Origin: Octopus bimaculoides
Taxonomy: Eukaryota
Reading direction: 5' to 3'
NCBI RefSeq assembly: GCF_001194135.2
Contig: NC_068987.1
Coordinates: forward strand, 2,233,210 to 2,297,209
Length of the DNA stretch: 64,000 bases
Part shown: positions 1 through 13,662 of the stretch, one piece after another
Numbering within the stretch: position 1 is the first letter of the stretch
How the letters are laid out: every line of letters begins with the position of its first letter
Made by a program: the position numbers and the translations under genes
Notes under the pieces: model-generated
What the model was told of the DNA's origin: nothing
Database searches by the model: none
What the model saw: the letters and a program-made list of their open reading frames with translations, nothing else

Positions 1-79
1 TATACATACGTATGTGTANNNNNNNNNNNNNNNNNNNNNNNNNNNNNNNNNNNNNNNNNNNNNNNNNNNNNNNNNNNNN

Positions 80-136
<57 letters not shown>

Positions 137-984
137 GCGTTTTTATGCTCGTGTGTTAATCTGCTATGAATGACCAATGTTTTTGTTTGCTGGTCACGCG
201 TAAAGATCCGGAATGAGATGCTAGCGCGTGCGTTTCGTTTTCTTCTCGTTAATAAACGATTGCAACCTCTTTTCAAAAAACTTGGAATAATAATAAACAA
301 AATTTTTTGAGTCATCTCGGGTTCATGTCCTACGGACGGAATTTTACATCATGAGGCTTATGCCTCAGTGTGCATAATCGGAAACACGTAATTTAGTCTA
401 AAATCAAGGAACACACTTGCAGACAAACAGAATTTCGATTCTCGTAAGAGAGAGATATGTGTTATAAAATGTCAATAGATGTGTTATGGTTTGTTCACGA
501 ATACAACTGGTTTATAACTTCAGATCAGAATTGGATTAAATATATCAGCTTGTGACTCTTCGGCTAAATCTTGATAATCAATTCATGAAACAATAGAAAC
601 AAAGACACAAGTAACAATGGTCATATGTCAGTCTGTCTTTGAGCCAAATAAATTTCGTTCCATTGTCAACTTCGAAGTTTGGGGAAACACAAGCGGATGC
701 TCTGCCGAGATTACGTTTTCTCTTCATTTTCATATTTCTTTTCATTAAAGAGGTTGATCTTATACACCATCTGTACGTTGGTACTTCCAGGGGAAAACAG
801 CTTCCACCGGTTCATTATTCTTGCTGTTCCATATGTTCTGAAACACAAACTAGAGCTAAGAACAAAATCTTAACAGCAGATATCAGCTATATAAACAGAG
901 AACGCAATGGTGACGTAGTGTGGAGTCGTAACCATATGGTTGACTCATCTCAGAGATATATACTCACAATACATCTATGTGTGT

Positions 985-1028
<44 letters not shown>

Positions 1029-1351
1029 TGTACGCAAGAAAATATAAGAATTGAATATTCAGGGAAGAAGAAAAAAAGAAAATGAAGCAAGAATGTTGGC
1101 TATACACACACACATAAATATACATAAATACATATTATATATGTATATATATGTACATATATATATAGAGGNNNNNNNNNNNNNNNNNNNNNNNNNNNNN
1201 NNNNNNNNNNNNNNNNNNNNNNNNNNNNNNNNNNNNNNNNNNNNNNNNNNNNNNNNNNNNNNNNNNNNNNNNNNNNNTATATATAATACATATATATATA
1301 TACTTACCTATATGTATATCTAAATATGTATGCATATAATGATAATATATA

Positions 1352-1396
<45 letters not shown>

Positions 1397-2650
1397 CATA
1401 TGTATAGGTACATATACATGCACACACACATAGATACACTCACACGCACGAGCACCCACATATAACAAAACACCAATTTATAAATAACATAAAAATGATA
1501 AATGCGTTAATATATATAATATAAGAAAAACAAATTTGCATCTGACATGAATTCTTGTAAAAAATTATACTCGCATGCAGACACACACACACACACACAC
1601 ACACAGCAGCAACGAAAAAATAACGTAAAAATATTAAAAGCATATCAGTGAGTCTCGTTCTGTTTGAACTCGCCATCTCTCACCCAAATAATTCCTTTGA
1701 TCTCTTCAGAAGAGAATCGTTTCACAGCCACCGCTATCCTTAGTAATATGAATCACTGCGACTGCCACTCAACAGCCTCTCTTTGCTTTGATCATTACGT
1801 TGAAATGCTTTTAAAATGGCGCTGGTCAAATGTCGGCGTTCCTACATCGTAATCTTCTCCCAAATGACCAAACCAGTATCAATGTTTACATCTACATAAT
1901 CTAAATAACAACAAATAACATTTTCCTGGCCTTTCTTTTTTTTTTAGTTTCTGCTTCAGTTGCAATTATTTTTGTTGATGTTTTTGTTGTTCTTCTTGTT
2001 GCTGTTTTTGTCACTGCTGCTGCTGATGCCACTTCTGTCGCTGTAGTTTCCTCATTTCTGAACAGACGTCGTTTATACTGCCTGGCAAAAGTCACCACCT
2101 AGCAAGCATCACAACATCTCAAGGCTAGATAACCATCTGTGGAGTGCCTCCTTCCCATCACCTCTCAGCACACAACAGAAACAATCATCTAAATAGCTCT
2201 GACGTCACTTCCTCTTTTTTGTCTTATTTTCAATAGAAAATTCAACACTACAGTAACCCGCAGTTTTGGATATATTCAGATATTATCGAGAGTGGAGAGT
2301 CACAATGTGTGGTGCAGGGCTCTCGGTATGTAAACACATACATACATATATACATATATNNNNNNNNNNNNNNNNNNNNNNNNNNNNNNNNNNNNNNNNN
2401 NNNNNNNNNNNNNNNNNNNNNNNNNNNNNNNNNNNNNNNNNNNNNNNNNNNNNNNNNNNNNNNNNNNNNNNNNNNNNNNNNNNNNNNNNNNNNNNNNNNN
2501 NNNNNNNNNNNNNNNNNNNNNNNNNNNNNNNNNNNNNNNNNNNNNNNNNNNNNNNNNNNNNNNNNNNNNNNNNNNNNNNNNNNNNNNNNNNNNNNNNNNN
2601 NNNNNNNNNNNNNNNNNNNNNNNNNNNNNNNNNNNNNNNNNNNNNNNNNN

Positions 2651-2684
<34 letters not shown>

Positions 2685-3354
2685 CAAATGAACTAATTAT
2701 ATCGAGTGGGTTATCTTTTTTTACGACAAGCACCCGAAGTGACACGGTCTGCACTGATTGATGCAACACGATTAGATGCAGGATACCCTAATGATTAGGG
2801 ATTCTTTGGGATTAGGCCCTAATCCCAAAGAACAGTTGTTGGATGGATCGAAACGATCGTAACGCTGAATAAAGATTCACACTAAACCAACCATCCGTTT
2901 CCCTCATCAATTATATATATACGTATCTTATCTTATTATAAGATATACTGAAATGATAGAATATCAAACGTCCATTCTGGCTGATCTAGTATTTTCATGC
3001 ATTAAACTATGCAATCTTCAGGTTTATATAGTAGTGGTGACTGTTATGTTTTACAGCTTACAATTGTAGTGAGATGGCTAAACTGTTCGCCTTAAATACA
3101 TTTGTATAGACTCCAGAAGGTTAATTTTTGCAAACTGTATTCTGACCAATCGGTGTGTGGCTTCACTAAATTATTTAAGTTGATTGGTGTTTTGTTGCAG
3201 CGTCATGGTTTGTTGAACATGTCAAGTGACCTGTATTTTGACCCTGGCCAAAGCAGGAATAGTTGGACTATTTTTAGAAATGTTGTAATTTTTACATTTC
3301 AATTATCATCATCACCATCATCATCTCTTTTATTACTGTCGTCGTTATTGCTGG

Positions 3355-3359
3355 CGGTG

Positions 3360-3393
<34 letters not shown>

Positions 3394-3394
3394 C

Positions 3395-3460
<66 letters not shown>
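3355..3460 (+). repeat. (GGT)n/(AGT)n trinucleotide microsatellite
   Basis: Directly visible; explains the poly-V end of ORF 3102..3479. Confidence 0.95.
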
Positions 3461-3620
3461 TGTGATAATAGAACCTTAGACCCAAAGATAAAATTATTTT
3501 TACTGACATTTCTCTTGACTTAGTATTTTCCTGCTATCGTCATTATGAGCACCTTTAGTGTTGTTGTTATTGTTAGTGGTAGTGGTCGTAGCAGTAGAAA
3601 TAGTACCTCTAGTATTATTA

Positions 3621-3876
3621 TTATTGTTTATTTAGCTTGGGTTGGAATTTATTAATAAAGTTCTCTTCTCAGATTTTTCTCACGACTTCATTTGAACTGC
3701 GTAGTTTGTGGAATGGAAACATTATAAATATTTTCCGACCGCATGTTGTTAGATGGTTACTCAAAGATATCTGACGGACATCTTGGTCTCTAATTTGTTG
3801 TTGGTGCGCACGTGAACGTTCCAACATTGCATTTCCAGTCTGACCTATATATACTTCTTCACAATTCGGGGATTTG
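3621..3876 (-). mobile_element. Penelope-like element GIY-YIG endonuclease C-terminal fragment, decayed with one in-frame stop
   Basis: Minus frame reads SPNCEEVYIGQTGNAMLERSRAHQQQIRDQDVRQISLSNHLTTCGRKIFIMFPFHKLRSSNEVVRKI*EENFINKFQPKLNKQ*. It has the CxxC-YIGQTG, R..H and terminal E...I....P.LN motifs typical of PLE GIY-YIG domains. Confidence 0.85.
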
Positions 3877-4605
3877 ACGCAGAGAGAGATGGAGGAAGGA
3901 GACAAAGACAGAAAAAAGATGGAGAGAAAGAGAGACAGAAAGAGATAGACAAAGTAGATGTAAGTTTGTCCAACTCTTAATCACGAAGACACAAACAACA
4001 GCGATAAAGACTGAATCCTTGTGTGAAAACTAATACAGAATATATTTGCCGCTGAAGAGACTTGTGATACAAATCCTTCTCAGTAACCAAGTTATTTAAA
4101 TCACCATGGATTAATTATTTAATTATTTTCCCACCAAAATTAAACATGGTATACTCAGAAGATCAGTAAACGACAAATATTTTAGTTGTTTGTCCAACAT
4201 TTTATAGAATCGCAGACTGAATTCGATTAAATATTAACACCTTACTTTGGCACTCATTATTTTTCTGTAACAACAACAACAAAAAAAACAGCTGCAATTA
4301 AACTTAACAGTTTAAATATTTTCAATGATGTGTCGTGGTATAAAAGAACTATTTTGGAGATCTGTTTCACTTCCTCAGAAACAAGACAAAAGCAAAAAAG
4401 AACAGAAAAAGATAATTTTTCACGCATGTCATCAGTTACTGCACACGGAATGTAATAAAAGTGACGGATAATTACAGACTAAAGAGGAACATATATCATG
4501 CATCATATATATATATGTATACATGTGTATGTATGTATGTCTATATATACATACATATAGGTAGATAGAAAAATAGATATACATACACACACACACTCAC
4601 ACACA

Positions 4606-4659
<54 letters not shown>

Positions 4660-4740
4660 NNNNNNNNNNNNNNNNNNNNNNNNNNNNNNNNNNNNNNNNN
4701 NNNNNNNNNNNNNNNNNNNNNNNNNNNNNNNNNNNNNNNN

Positions 4741-4784
<44 letters not shown>

Positions 4785-5531
4785 CAACATCGTCTTCGTC
4801 GTCACCATTTCCCTCCTCTTTAACATCGTCACTCTAGTCAACAACAATAACATTAATAATAAAAGCAACAACGTCTGCCATACAATCCGAGATCTTGCCT
4901 AAATATGTTAACAGTATTTTGTAATAGCGATCAAATTATCGGGTGACTACATTGTAAAACAAAAAAGAGAGAGAGAGAAAGAGAAGAGACGAAAGGTCGC
5001 AGTTACAGAGAGCCAAACTATTCCCCCCGAATAATGGAAGTCAAAGGTCAGGTTGTAATCCGAAATGTGTCGATGTCTCCAGTCAGATGTTAGCCTTTAT
5101 TTATTTATTTACCAATTTATTTGTTTGTGTTTTTCTGTATTTGTTCTTATCAAATGATTATGACGTTTGGGTCACAATGAAACAGCAGTGAAAATGTTGG
5201 TAAATCGTTCAGCCCTGCCTGAAATTACTCCGAACATTGCAGTCAAACTCACAGAATACATGGAAATCAGTCACTTTTTTTTAAATGCCTACACATTTTT
5301 CCTTCTTTCTTTCCCATTTATTTATTTATTATTTATCATTTATTCATTTATTCGCTGGTTTGATAGTTTGTTTGCTTGTTTGTTTCTGTGTTGAAACATG
5401 TTCGGTAACATTTCTTCTCTCTGATCTCTGGTGGGAAAATCGTCTCAGTTCACGAAGTTACGCTAAACACTTGTTCGGTATCAACCCTAAAATAACTGAC
5501 ACCAACTCATTTGAGAAGTGGGGGTAAATTA

Positions 5532-5672
5532 GCGCAGGCGTGGCCCAGTGGTAAAATGCATGCTTCCCAGCCACATGGTTCCGGGTTCAGTCATGCTATG
5601 TGGTACCTTGCGCGAGTATCTTCTACAATAGCCTCAAACAGACCAAAGTCTTCTGGATGGATCTGGAAAACG
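5532..5672 (+). mobile_element. SINE family A, diverged copy of the tRNA-like 5' module
   Basis: Homologous to 14501-14666 and 56011-56150; A-box-like TGGCCCAGTGG and B-box-like GGTTCAGTC. Confidence 0.75.
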
Positions 5673-5741
5673 GAAATGGTGGTAAAGTTTATTCTAATTT
5701 CAAACCAATAAACAAAAATTGTGGAAGAAGAATCTTCGTCG

Positions 5742-6090
5742 TGGCACTCCGTCGGTTACGACGAGGGTTCCAGTTGATCCGAACCATGGAACAGCCTGCT
5801 CGTGAAATTAACGTGCAGGTGGCTGAGCACTCCACAGACACGTGAACCCTTAACGTAGTTCTCTGGGAGATTCATCGTGACATAGTGTGTGACAAGGCTG
5901 GCCCTTTGAAATACAGATACAACAGAAACAAGAAGAAAGAGTGAGAGAAAGTTGTGGTGGAAGAGTACAGCAGGGTTCGCCCCCCCCCCACCTGCCGGTG
6001 CCGCGTGGAGCTTTTAGGTGTTTTCGCTCAATAAACACTCACAACACCCGCGAGTCTGCTGCCCCAACCACTGGGCCATTGTGCCTCCAC
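5742..6090 (-). mobile_element. tRNA-headed SINE (family G head plus tail module E)
   Basis: Minus strand starts GTGGAGGCACAATGGCCCAGTGGTTGGGGC (A box). Its tail at 5742-5925 is homologous to 41927-42090. Confidence 0.75.
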
Positions 6091-6685
6091 TGGAGGAAGA
6101 ACAGAACTACAAGAAAGCCATAAAACAGTACGATAGAAATACTTTTCATATTAATTCAATTAACTTTGGAAAGGATTAAAAGAAACGGCTGTGAGGAATG
6201 GATGTCTCTTGCAATCCAGCATATTGGTTACCACCTCTCAACTGCCAATGTGAAGGTATCAATAAATTTATTTTTCTCAGGAAGAGTTTTTTTCTGTTCT
6301 GACATTTCAAATTATATTTTATCATTTTTTACTTCTTTAAGCGGCTGTAAATTCTCTTTTGTTGAATACTTTATTTAAAATATAGTCTACATTGCGGTGC
6401 AAGTGAAACTGGTTTTCGCAACACACCGGAGCCGTTACTTGTAATTAATTAATTTAAATTATTTATTATTGTTTTAAAGAGATGAATATGAAAAGCTTCT
6501 CGTCACTCACATCCATGAAATGATGAGGAGCCAGGCTTAATATTTATCTTACATTTCAGTCTCCAAACTCGTCTTCATTTCACTTAATATTGTTCCATAT
6601 TTCATAGAGTTTTGTCTGATTCGTTTGATATTTCCGAAATACAGAGTAAAACAGGCAGCACCCATGATCGTAATTTGTCCGCCCG

Positions 6686-6735
6686 GACCTCTATAGATCA
6701 ATGACCTCTATAGATCAATGACCTCTATAGATCAA
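6686..6735 (+). repeat. Tandem triplication of the 17-bp unit GACCTCTATAGATCAAT
   Basis: Two exact units plus a third 16/17 unit, directly visible. Confidence 0.95.
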
Positions 6736-7982
6736 AGACACCCTAACATGACTACCACTTCAAAAAGCAGGAAACTACCCAAATAACAGCAGTGTCAGTA
6801 AATTCATTTGTCACAGGCAACTCTGCCACGAGGTGCCAGATATATATGTGTGTGTGTGTGTGGTGATGGTGTAGGAACCAATACCAACAACCAGGTATAT
6901 CCGTGGCGATGCAATGTTGCAATTCCACTTCAAATATTTTCTACCTTTTTTCTCCTACATGGCTACCAGAAAGGGCCACAGACTCGGAAGTGAAACATCG
7001 ATGAGTTGAGAAAACATATTAAGGGCAGACTGTTGCTCAAAAACACAAACAGAAACGCAACAAACACACACGGACACACAGACACGGGCATACACAAGAG
7101 CAAGGCCACACGCACGGGTACCCATAGACCCACAATGAACCACTTCATGTTAAAGTGTACACTATGATCTTTAAACACAGACTATCCTTGCAGTAATGTA
7201 TTTGTCCCGTTAAAGCGTTCGGTAAGCAAACTACATGATAGGGCTTTCCTGCAGTGAGTTGATTCAGGGCAGCATAACAGCGAAAACAACTGGCCTCCAC
7301 AAGAATCTTGGCAAATGAGAAAACTTAAAGACCTAGGTATTACATAGTGAAGAAGAGGATTTTGTAATTAGCAGCACAGCTGAAATGGATATTACTTGAA
7401 TGACCTTGTATCTATTTTCCTTCATTCAAAACCGTTATCTTCAATGAGTGACTGGAGATAAATGGCATTAAGAAGGTATAAATGACAGCGGAAGAACCAT
7501 AAAACCTTTTCTCGAGATACTAAATGTTGGCGCAGTTATACTAACCCGGATATATTCCGCGTTAAATCGGTGCGATCGGCTTACTTTATCTGTGCCAAAA
7601 TTTACAAATATTTTAACGAGAATATTATATATAATTATAAGCCAAAGAAAAACATTTTCCATCTTTGCAAGAAACATTGCTGGAAGCTGAAGACCATTCT
7701 GGGAATTCTTAATTCATCTGAGTTCCAAGCGTTACTGCAAATAGTAGATTTATTTATATTTCGATATGTTAACTGATACTTATAACAGCAGGAACTTTTT
7801 TTTTTCTGATTATTTTAAATTCTTCTGAAACGTTGAAGAACCAAGAAACAGTTTTAAAGAATAAAAATTTCAAGACATTTTTTTTTTTTACCTAATCAGC
7901 TAATTTTATTGATGCATAAGTGGTACAACTATAAGAGCCCCGACTCCACCCTACCCCACGCATAAAAAGACCATCTCTTAAC

Positions 7983-7984
<2 letters not shown>

Positions 7985-8046
<62 letters not shown>
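7985..8046 (+). repeat. (GA)n microsatellite
   Basis: Directly visible. Confidence 0.95.
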
Positions 8047-8050
<4 letters not shown>

Positions 8051-8204
8051 AGAGAGAAAGTAACTGGGATGTCGACATCTCGACAGACATTTGACAATGT
8101 TTGTTGTTTTATTGTTAACAACAGTGTTTAATGGGTCTTCAACACTGGGTGATAAATAAAGCTTGACAGGGAAGATGGTCCTAACAACTTTATAGATGTA
8201 CGTA

Positions 8205-8730
8205 TTATTGGTGGTGGTGGTGGTGGTGGTGGTGGTAGTGCCGGTACTTATTAGTGGTGGAGGTGGTGATGGTGACGGTAATAGTGGTGGCGGCGGCGGT
8301 TGTGGTGGTGACGGTGGTGGTACAACTTATCGTAGTCGTTATGGTAGTGATAGTGATGATGATGATGATGATGACGGTGTATGTTGCTATGGTGACGGTG
8401 GTGACGATGTTAGTTATGGTGATGGTGGTAGTGGTAGTTGTAGTGGTGGTAGTTGCTGTTGTTGTTGTGGTGGTGGTGGTGGTAACAGTCGTCATCATCA
8501 TAGTCGTGGTGATGGTGCTGGGAATGGTGAGGTGTTGGTGGTGACTGCGCATACGGTTACGGTGATGGTGCTGATAGTGGTGGTGTTAGTAGTAGTAGCC
8601 GTGGTCGTGATAGCGTTGGTGGTGATGGTTGATGGGCTACAGGTGATAGCGGTGGTAGCGATGGTTGTAGTGATGGTTATGACAACAGCAGCAGCAGTAG
8701 CAGTAGTAGTAGTAGACGTGGTTGCAGCCG
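8205..8730 (+). repeat. Degenerate (GGT/GAT/AGT)n trinucleotide low-complexity tract; similar tracts at about 24250-24617 and 42570-43065
   Basis: Produces poly-V/G/T/H ORFs in several frames on both strands. Confidence 0.85.
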
Positions 8731-9425
8731 TGTGCTGCGGTGGGTGCGAGCCTGGTTTGGTTTGTCTCCCGATGTAAGAAAACATTTCACAGGAAGCGAC
8801 ATCAGTCATGAAGTCAACGATTCGTGAAAGGAGGGACAGGCACAGATTGTTGTCATCAGCCTCATCTCCCTCCCCTCCCCCCTCCCCACCACCACCTACC
8901 ACCCATTCACCCCCTTTTCTCTTTCTCTCTCATACACTTACACACAAACACAAACACATACACACACAAACACATACACACACACAAACATAAACACATT
9001 TACAGAGGGACAGAGAGAATGAGACAAACAATAAATACACACGTATATACGCAAAAGCACACACACACACACACACACGTGAATATACATACAGACACAC
9101 AAGCACAAAGATTGAGAGAGAGTCAGAGAGAGAGAGAGAGAGAGAGAGAGGTGAGGAAGAAATACAATATACACACGCGTACATTCACAAATATGCACAC
9201 ACATAGACACAGATATGCATACGTCCACATGCATACATACACGTTCAACTTGAAACCAGAACGAAGACTCGGAGAGAGACGAGAACATAAAATAGGATGT
9301 TTATTGTTGGGCAGTAAATGACAAACCACAACACATACCCACCGGAAAGGCATGTACATATGCATTGATGTAAGTGCCCCCTCTGTGTGCATGTACATAT
9401 ATATATATAATAAAAATGTGTGTTG

Positions 9426-9476
<51 letters not shown>

Positions 9477-9879
9477 ATATGACTATATATAATATATATA
9501 TATAAACACACACACACACACATATATATANNNNNNNNNNNNNNNNNNNNNNNNNNNNNNNNNNNNNNNNNNNNNNNNNNNNNNNNNNNNNNNNNNNNNN
9601 NNNNNNNNNNNNNNNNNNNNNNNNNNNNNNNNNNNNNNNNNNNNNNNNNNNNNNNNNNNNNNNNNNNNNNNNNNNNNNNNNNNNNNNNNNNNNNNNNNNN
9701 NNNNNNNNNNNNNNNACAGAGAACTCAATAGCAGTGAAAAATCCCGCCTTGAAGCAACACTGACGGAAATTTAGAAATATCTGAAAATCTCCCGTGAAAC
9801 AGAAAAGAGCAGACAAAGTTGTCTGGGATATCGAAAAGTATCAAATGATACCGTAAAACTTTTCTTTTTTTTTTAAGTA

Positions 9880-10545
9880 TCCTTTGAACTTTCAGAACAA
9901 GAGAACAGGAAAAGATGTTGGTCCTCTGGAAGACACTTGTCCTCAGTCGTTTAGTATACTGCTCCCAACTATGGTCACCAGGCAGTGTAAAATTAACCAC
10001 GGAACTCAAAGCAATCCAGCAAAGCTACACAGAGAAGATCGTCTCAATGCGACATATCAGCTACGGGGAAAAGTTTAGGTTCTGCTCCCTAGAAAGAAGG
10101 CCAAAAACATCTGCAATGATATACATCAAGAAAATCCTTGAAGAACTTGTACGAAACTTTGGCATTGAAAGTTACATATATAAAGGAAGGGGTCGCATAA
10201 TGCCAAAATTCCCGACATTGCCATCAGAATACAGGATCAGACGCAGTAACAGCTTGGGTTTCAAGGGCCCATGGCTCTTCAATATCCTTCCAAAAACCCT
10301 CAAGTACCTGCATGATGTGAATGTAGGTGTCTTCAAAACAAAACTGGATCTCCTCCTATCAACGATTCCGATTGAGTCTCTCTCTCGGCAGAAAACAAAG
10401 ATGAGGGCAGCACATCAAACTCCATCATTCACCAAATACCAAATATCAGAGGTTTCAATTAATGAAAGTATAGCAAAGCTAAAAGCAGAACCCCAGTATG
10501 GCCGTAGCTCTTGAGCTGATACCGGTAAAAAAATAAAATAGAATT
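9880..10545 (+). mobile_element. 3' portion of a CR1/L2-group LINE ORF2 (post-RT region), decayed
   Basis: Reads TFRTREQEKMLVLWKTLVLSRLVYCSQLWSP...SLERR...IYIKKIL...NSLGFKGPWLFNILP...FKTKLDLLLSTIP...RAA, then after a frameshift SNSIIHQ, followed by an A-rich tail. These motifs match the C-terminal region of CR1/L2-type ORF2. Confidence 0.8.
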
Positions 10546-10996
10546 GAAAAAAAAAATAGAGAGTTTGACAAAAATATTCCAATGACATTAGCATCTCGCT
10601 GAAACATGTTCTGGAGCGATTACCATCGACTGAATCACTTGGACGTGTTGGCCATTGGCTTCTCTCCAAGAACACAAGAGTATAACGATGCATATGTATA
10701 CGCACACAAATAAATACACTCACAGACAAAAATACGCACACATAAGCAGACAAGTACACACACACACACAAACATATATGTATGCGTGCACACACACACA
10801 CACACATACCTATACAGACAGAGATAATTCTTGCACTATGATACGTCTACCGCAAATATACAACTGTAAATATACACAGTATATACATGTGTGTGTGTGT
10901 GTGTATATATCTATCCACCTTTCTGTATGTTTCTCTCGCTCTCTTTCTCTCTGTGTATTCGTGTGTGTATATTTATACACACACACATATATATAC

Positions 10997-11030
<34 letters not shown>

Positions 11031-12040
11031 NNNNNNNNNNNNNNNNNNNNNNNNNNNNNNNNNNNNNNNNNNNNNNNNNNNNNNNNNNNNNNNNNATATA
11101 TACACGCACAGATACACACACATGAATATTGTATTTTTTTAGTCGGGTCGATCAAAGGAAAAATTATACAGCCATTTTACATCTCAAACGATCCTTGGTC
11201 TCTTTAGGGAGCAATTCCGTCTCGTTCTAGAAGCTTCTGGAAAGTTTACCACAATTTATAGCCAGAAACAGGGCCCTACATGTTTTATTGCATTACTCGA
11301 CTTTTCATTCGAAATTTTTGTTGATATTTCTGATTCGCCTTATGGGCAAGAAACTCATCTCCTGGGACCTGCATGGTGTGAGATGTGCTATACCGTGCCT
11401 CACTTCGGCTCCACCCCTAACATAGTAACCACCCGTTCGCTGCTATCATTCACTTATGTCTTGTACATTATACTATGTATTACACACATGTACGGTCACA
11501 CACAAATAAATACATTTCGTATATGTATACTTTAAATATATGTATACATACATATATAAATATATATATACACACACATATATATAATATCTATAAGATT
11601 GAAGTTTTCTCTGTGTGTGTGTGTGTGTCTGTGTGTGTGTGTGTACAAAAATTTAATGTACATCTACATTTTTCATCTGATTTCTTTAAAATTTTATACA
11701 CAGCTGCTTCATATCCCAGACCCGAACATAGGCTACTTAGATTTTTAAAAATCGATTTGCATTAATCAGTTGCTTTATAATCTGTACGGTCTTCCGTACT
11801 TTTTTAATCTTTTTATAAAAGTGAAACGATTTTGTCTATTTATTTATTTCCACTGTCCACCAGCAACGGTAGTTAAATAGACTAGGAACACTGAACGCAT
11901 ATATTTCCACAATTCTCAACCGATTTTCACCAATCCCTGGTGGAACAAAATGTCATCATAACTGTTGAGGAGGAACTAACAGAGAAGCCTGGATTTGGTC
12001 ATTTAACCAATCATTCAAGTCAGCGCTAGACTATATGTAT

Positions 12041-12172
<132 letters not shown>

Positions 12173-12646
12173 TGTTTAATGAACACAGTCATATATCAAT
12201 GAGCTACTAATAGTTTCATGCGATGAAAACGATACAGGTAGCATTTTATAACGTGTCTGTTTCCTCCATGCAATCTTCGGGCACTGCTTACATGGTATAT
12301 TCACCCTTGTGTATGTTTACTTCCTTGCCTGAGTTCGAACGCGAGTCTACTGTTTCTGAACTGAAACAAGAACGAAATAATGCATCAACAACATACCATT
12401 GGCAGTAGATTGTTGTTATGATAGACTGGTGAAACATGTCTGACGGCACTGGTCAATGAACGGACAACAAGGGGGCGCCAACTGCTTTGTAACGATGTCA
12501 GTGTGTTCATTAGGCGTTTACTGACTGATTCAAGAGTTATCACATGAAAATGTTTACATTTAGCGCCGCAGTCTATTTGTTTTTCTACCTCTATTCGTAT
12601 GGCTTTGCATATACTAATATACTTACATACATACAAACATATCCAT

Positions 12647-12701
<55 letters not shown>

Positions 12702-13662
12702 GATAGATATATATGNNNNNNNNNNNNNNNNNNNNNNNNNNNNNNNNNNNNNNNNNNNNNNNNNNNNNNNNNNNNNNNNNNNNNNNNTATATGTATATCT
12801 TGTGTATATATGGAAGTGTAAGGTTATGTTAGGTTCACTGACAAGCCCATCACAATAATTTAAAAGTGAATTAGCTTGACTTGTATTTATAGTCTAAATA
12901 GCTGTGCAACTAAAAAGAAGACTAAACAGCAAAGTCACGTGATTCGTGTTGTCCATGTCTGTAGAAATAACAACTTCAATCAGTGTGTATATAGATAAAG
13001 AGCTGGTTGGTGGGGGTGAGGCTTGACGCCTCAAAGAGGGGGGAATCGCCAGCGTTGTGTACCAAACTGGGATGACTGACATATTTAAACAAGATGGACG
13101 ACTGCTAGACTGGGCGGTGTTTTGAAGATTATCAAAAGAATTGAAAGCCCATTTAAGGAGAGAAAGGTTGCAAAACAAGGAAAGTGTGGGGAATGAGGAA
13201 GAGACGTGGGGAAAGATAGGATAGAAGGAACAAGGGAGAAGGAGGAAGAGGAGGGGGAGGAGGAGGAAGAAGAAGAAGAAGAAGAAGAAGAAGAAGAAGA
13301 AGAAGAAGAAATGAGGAGGAGGCGGAGACAGAGAGCAAAGCGATGAGGAAGGAGATAAATAGGAGGAAGAGAGAAAATGAGGAAGAAAATTTAAAAAAAC
13401 AACAAGAAACGGAGAAAGGAAAGCAAAAATAAGAACAAGAGGAGGAGGAGGAGGAGGTCAAAAGACGTAGATGTGGGGGTTGAAAAATCATAAAATATAA
13501 GATGTAGAAGACGAAAAGATTTAAGAAATTCTATAAAGGGAAGTCGAGGGAGGGGGGAAGGAAAAGATAAATTGAAAGGCTGCACAAACACGTACATACA
13601 GCCATACACGTACATATGTGTATATATATATATATATNNNNNNNNNNNNNNNNNNNNNNNNN

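Noticed and set aside
5038-5050. DR1-like AAGTCA-A-AGGTCA, and scattered TCF/LEF sites (for example 1694, 20533, 40839)
   Set aside because: Short motifs expected by chance in 64 kb of AT-rich DNA, with no clustering or independent support.
6686-6735. Short direct repeats as a possible CRISPR array
   Set aside because: No spacers, a 17-bp unit and a eukaryotic context.
10578-10620. AGC-ATCTC-GCT GAAA CATGTT hammerhead-like 3' half
   Set aside because: No CUGANGA core upstream.
12405-12447. GAAACATGTC with a potential 7-bp flanking stem
   Set aside because: The core reads TGATAGA and needs about three indels to become CUGAUGA, and the stem relies on three G-U pairs.
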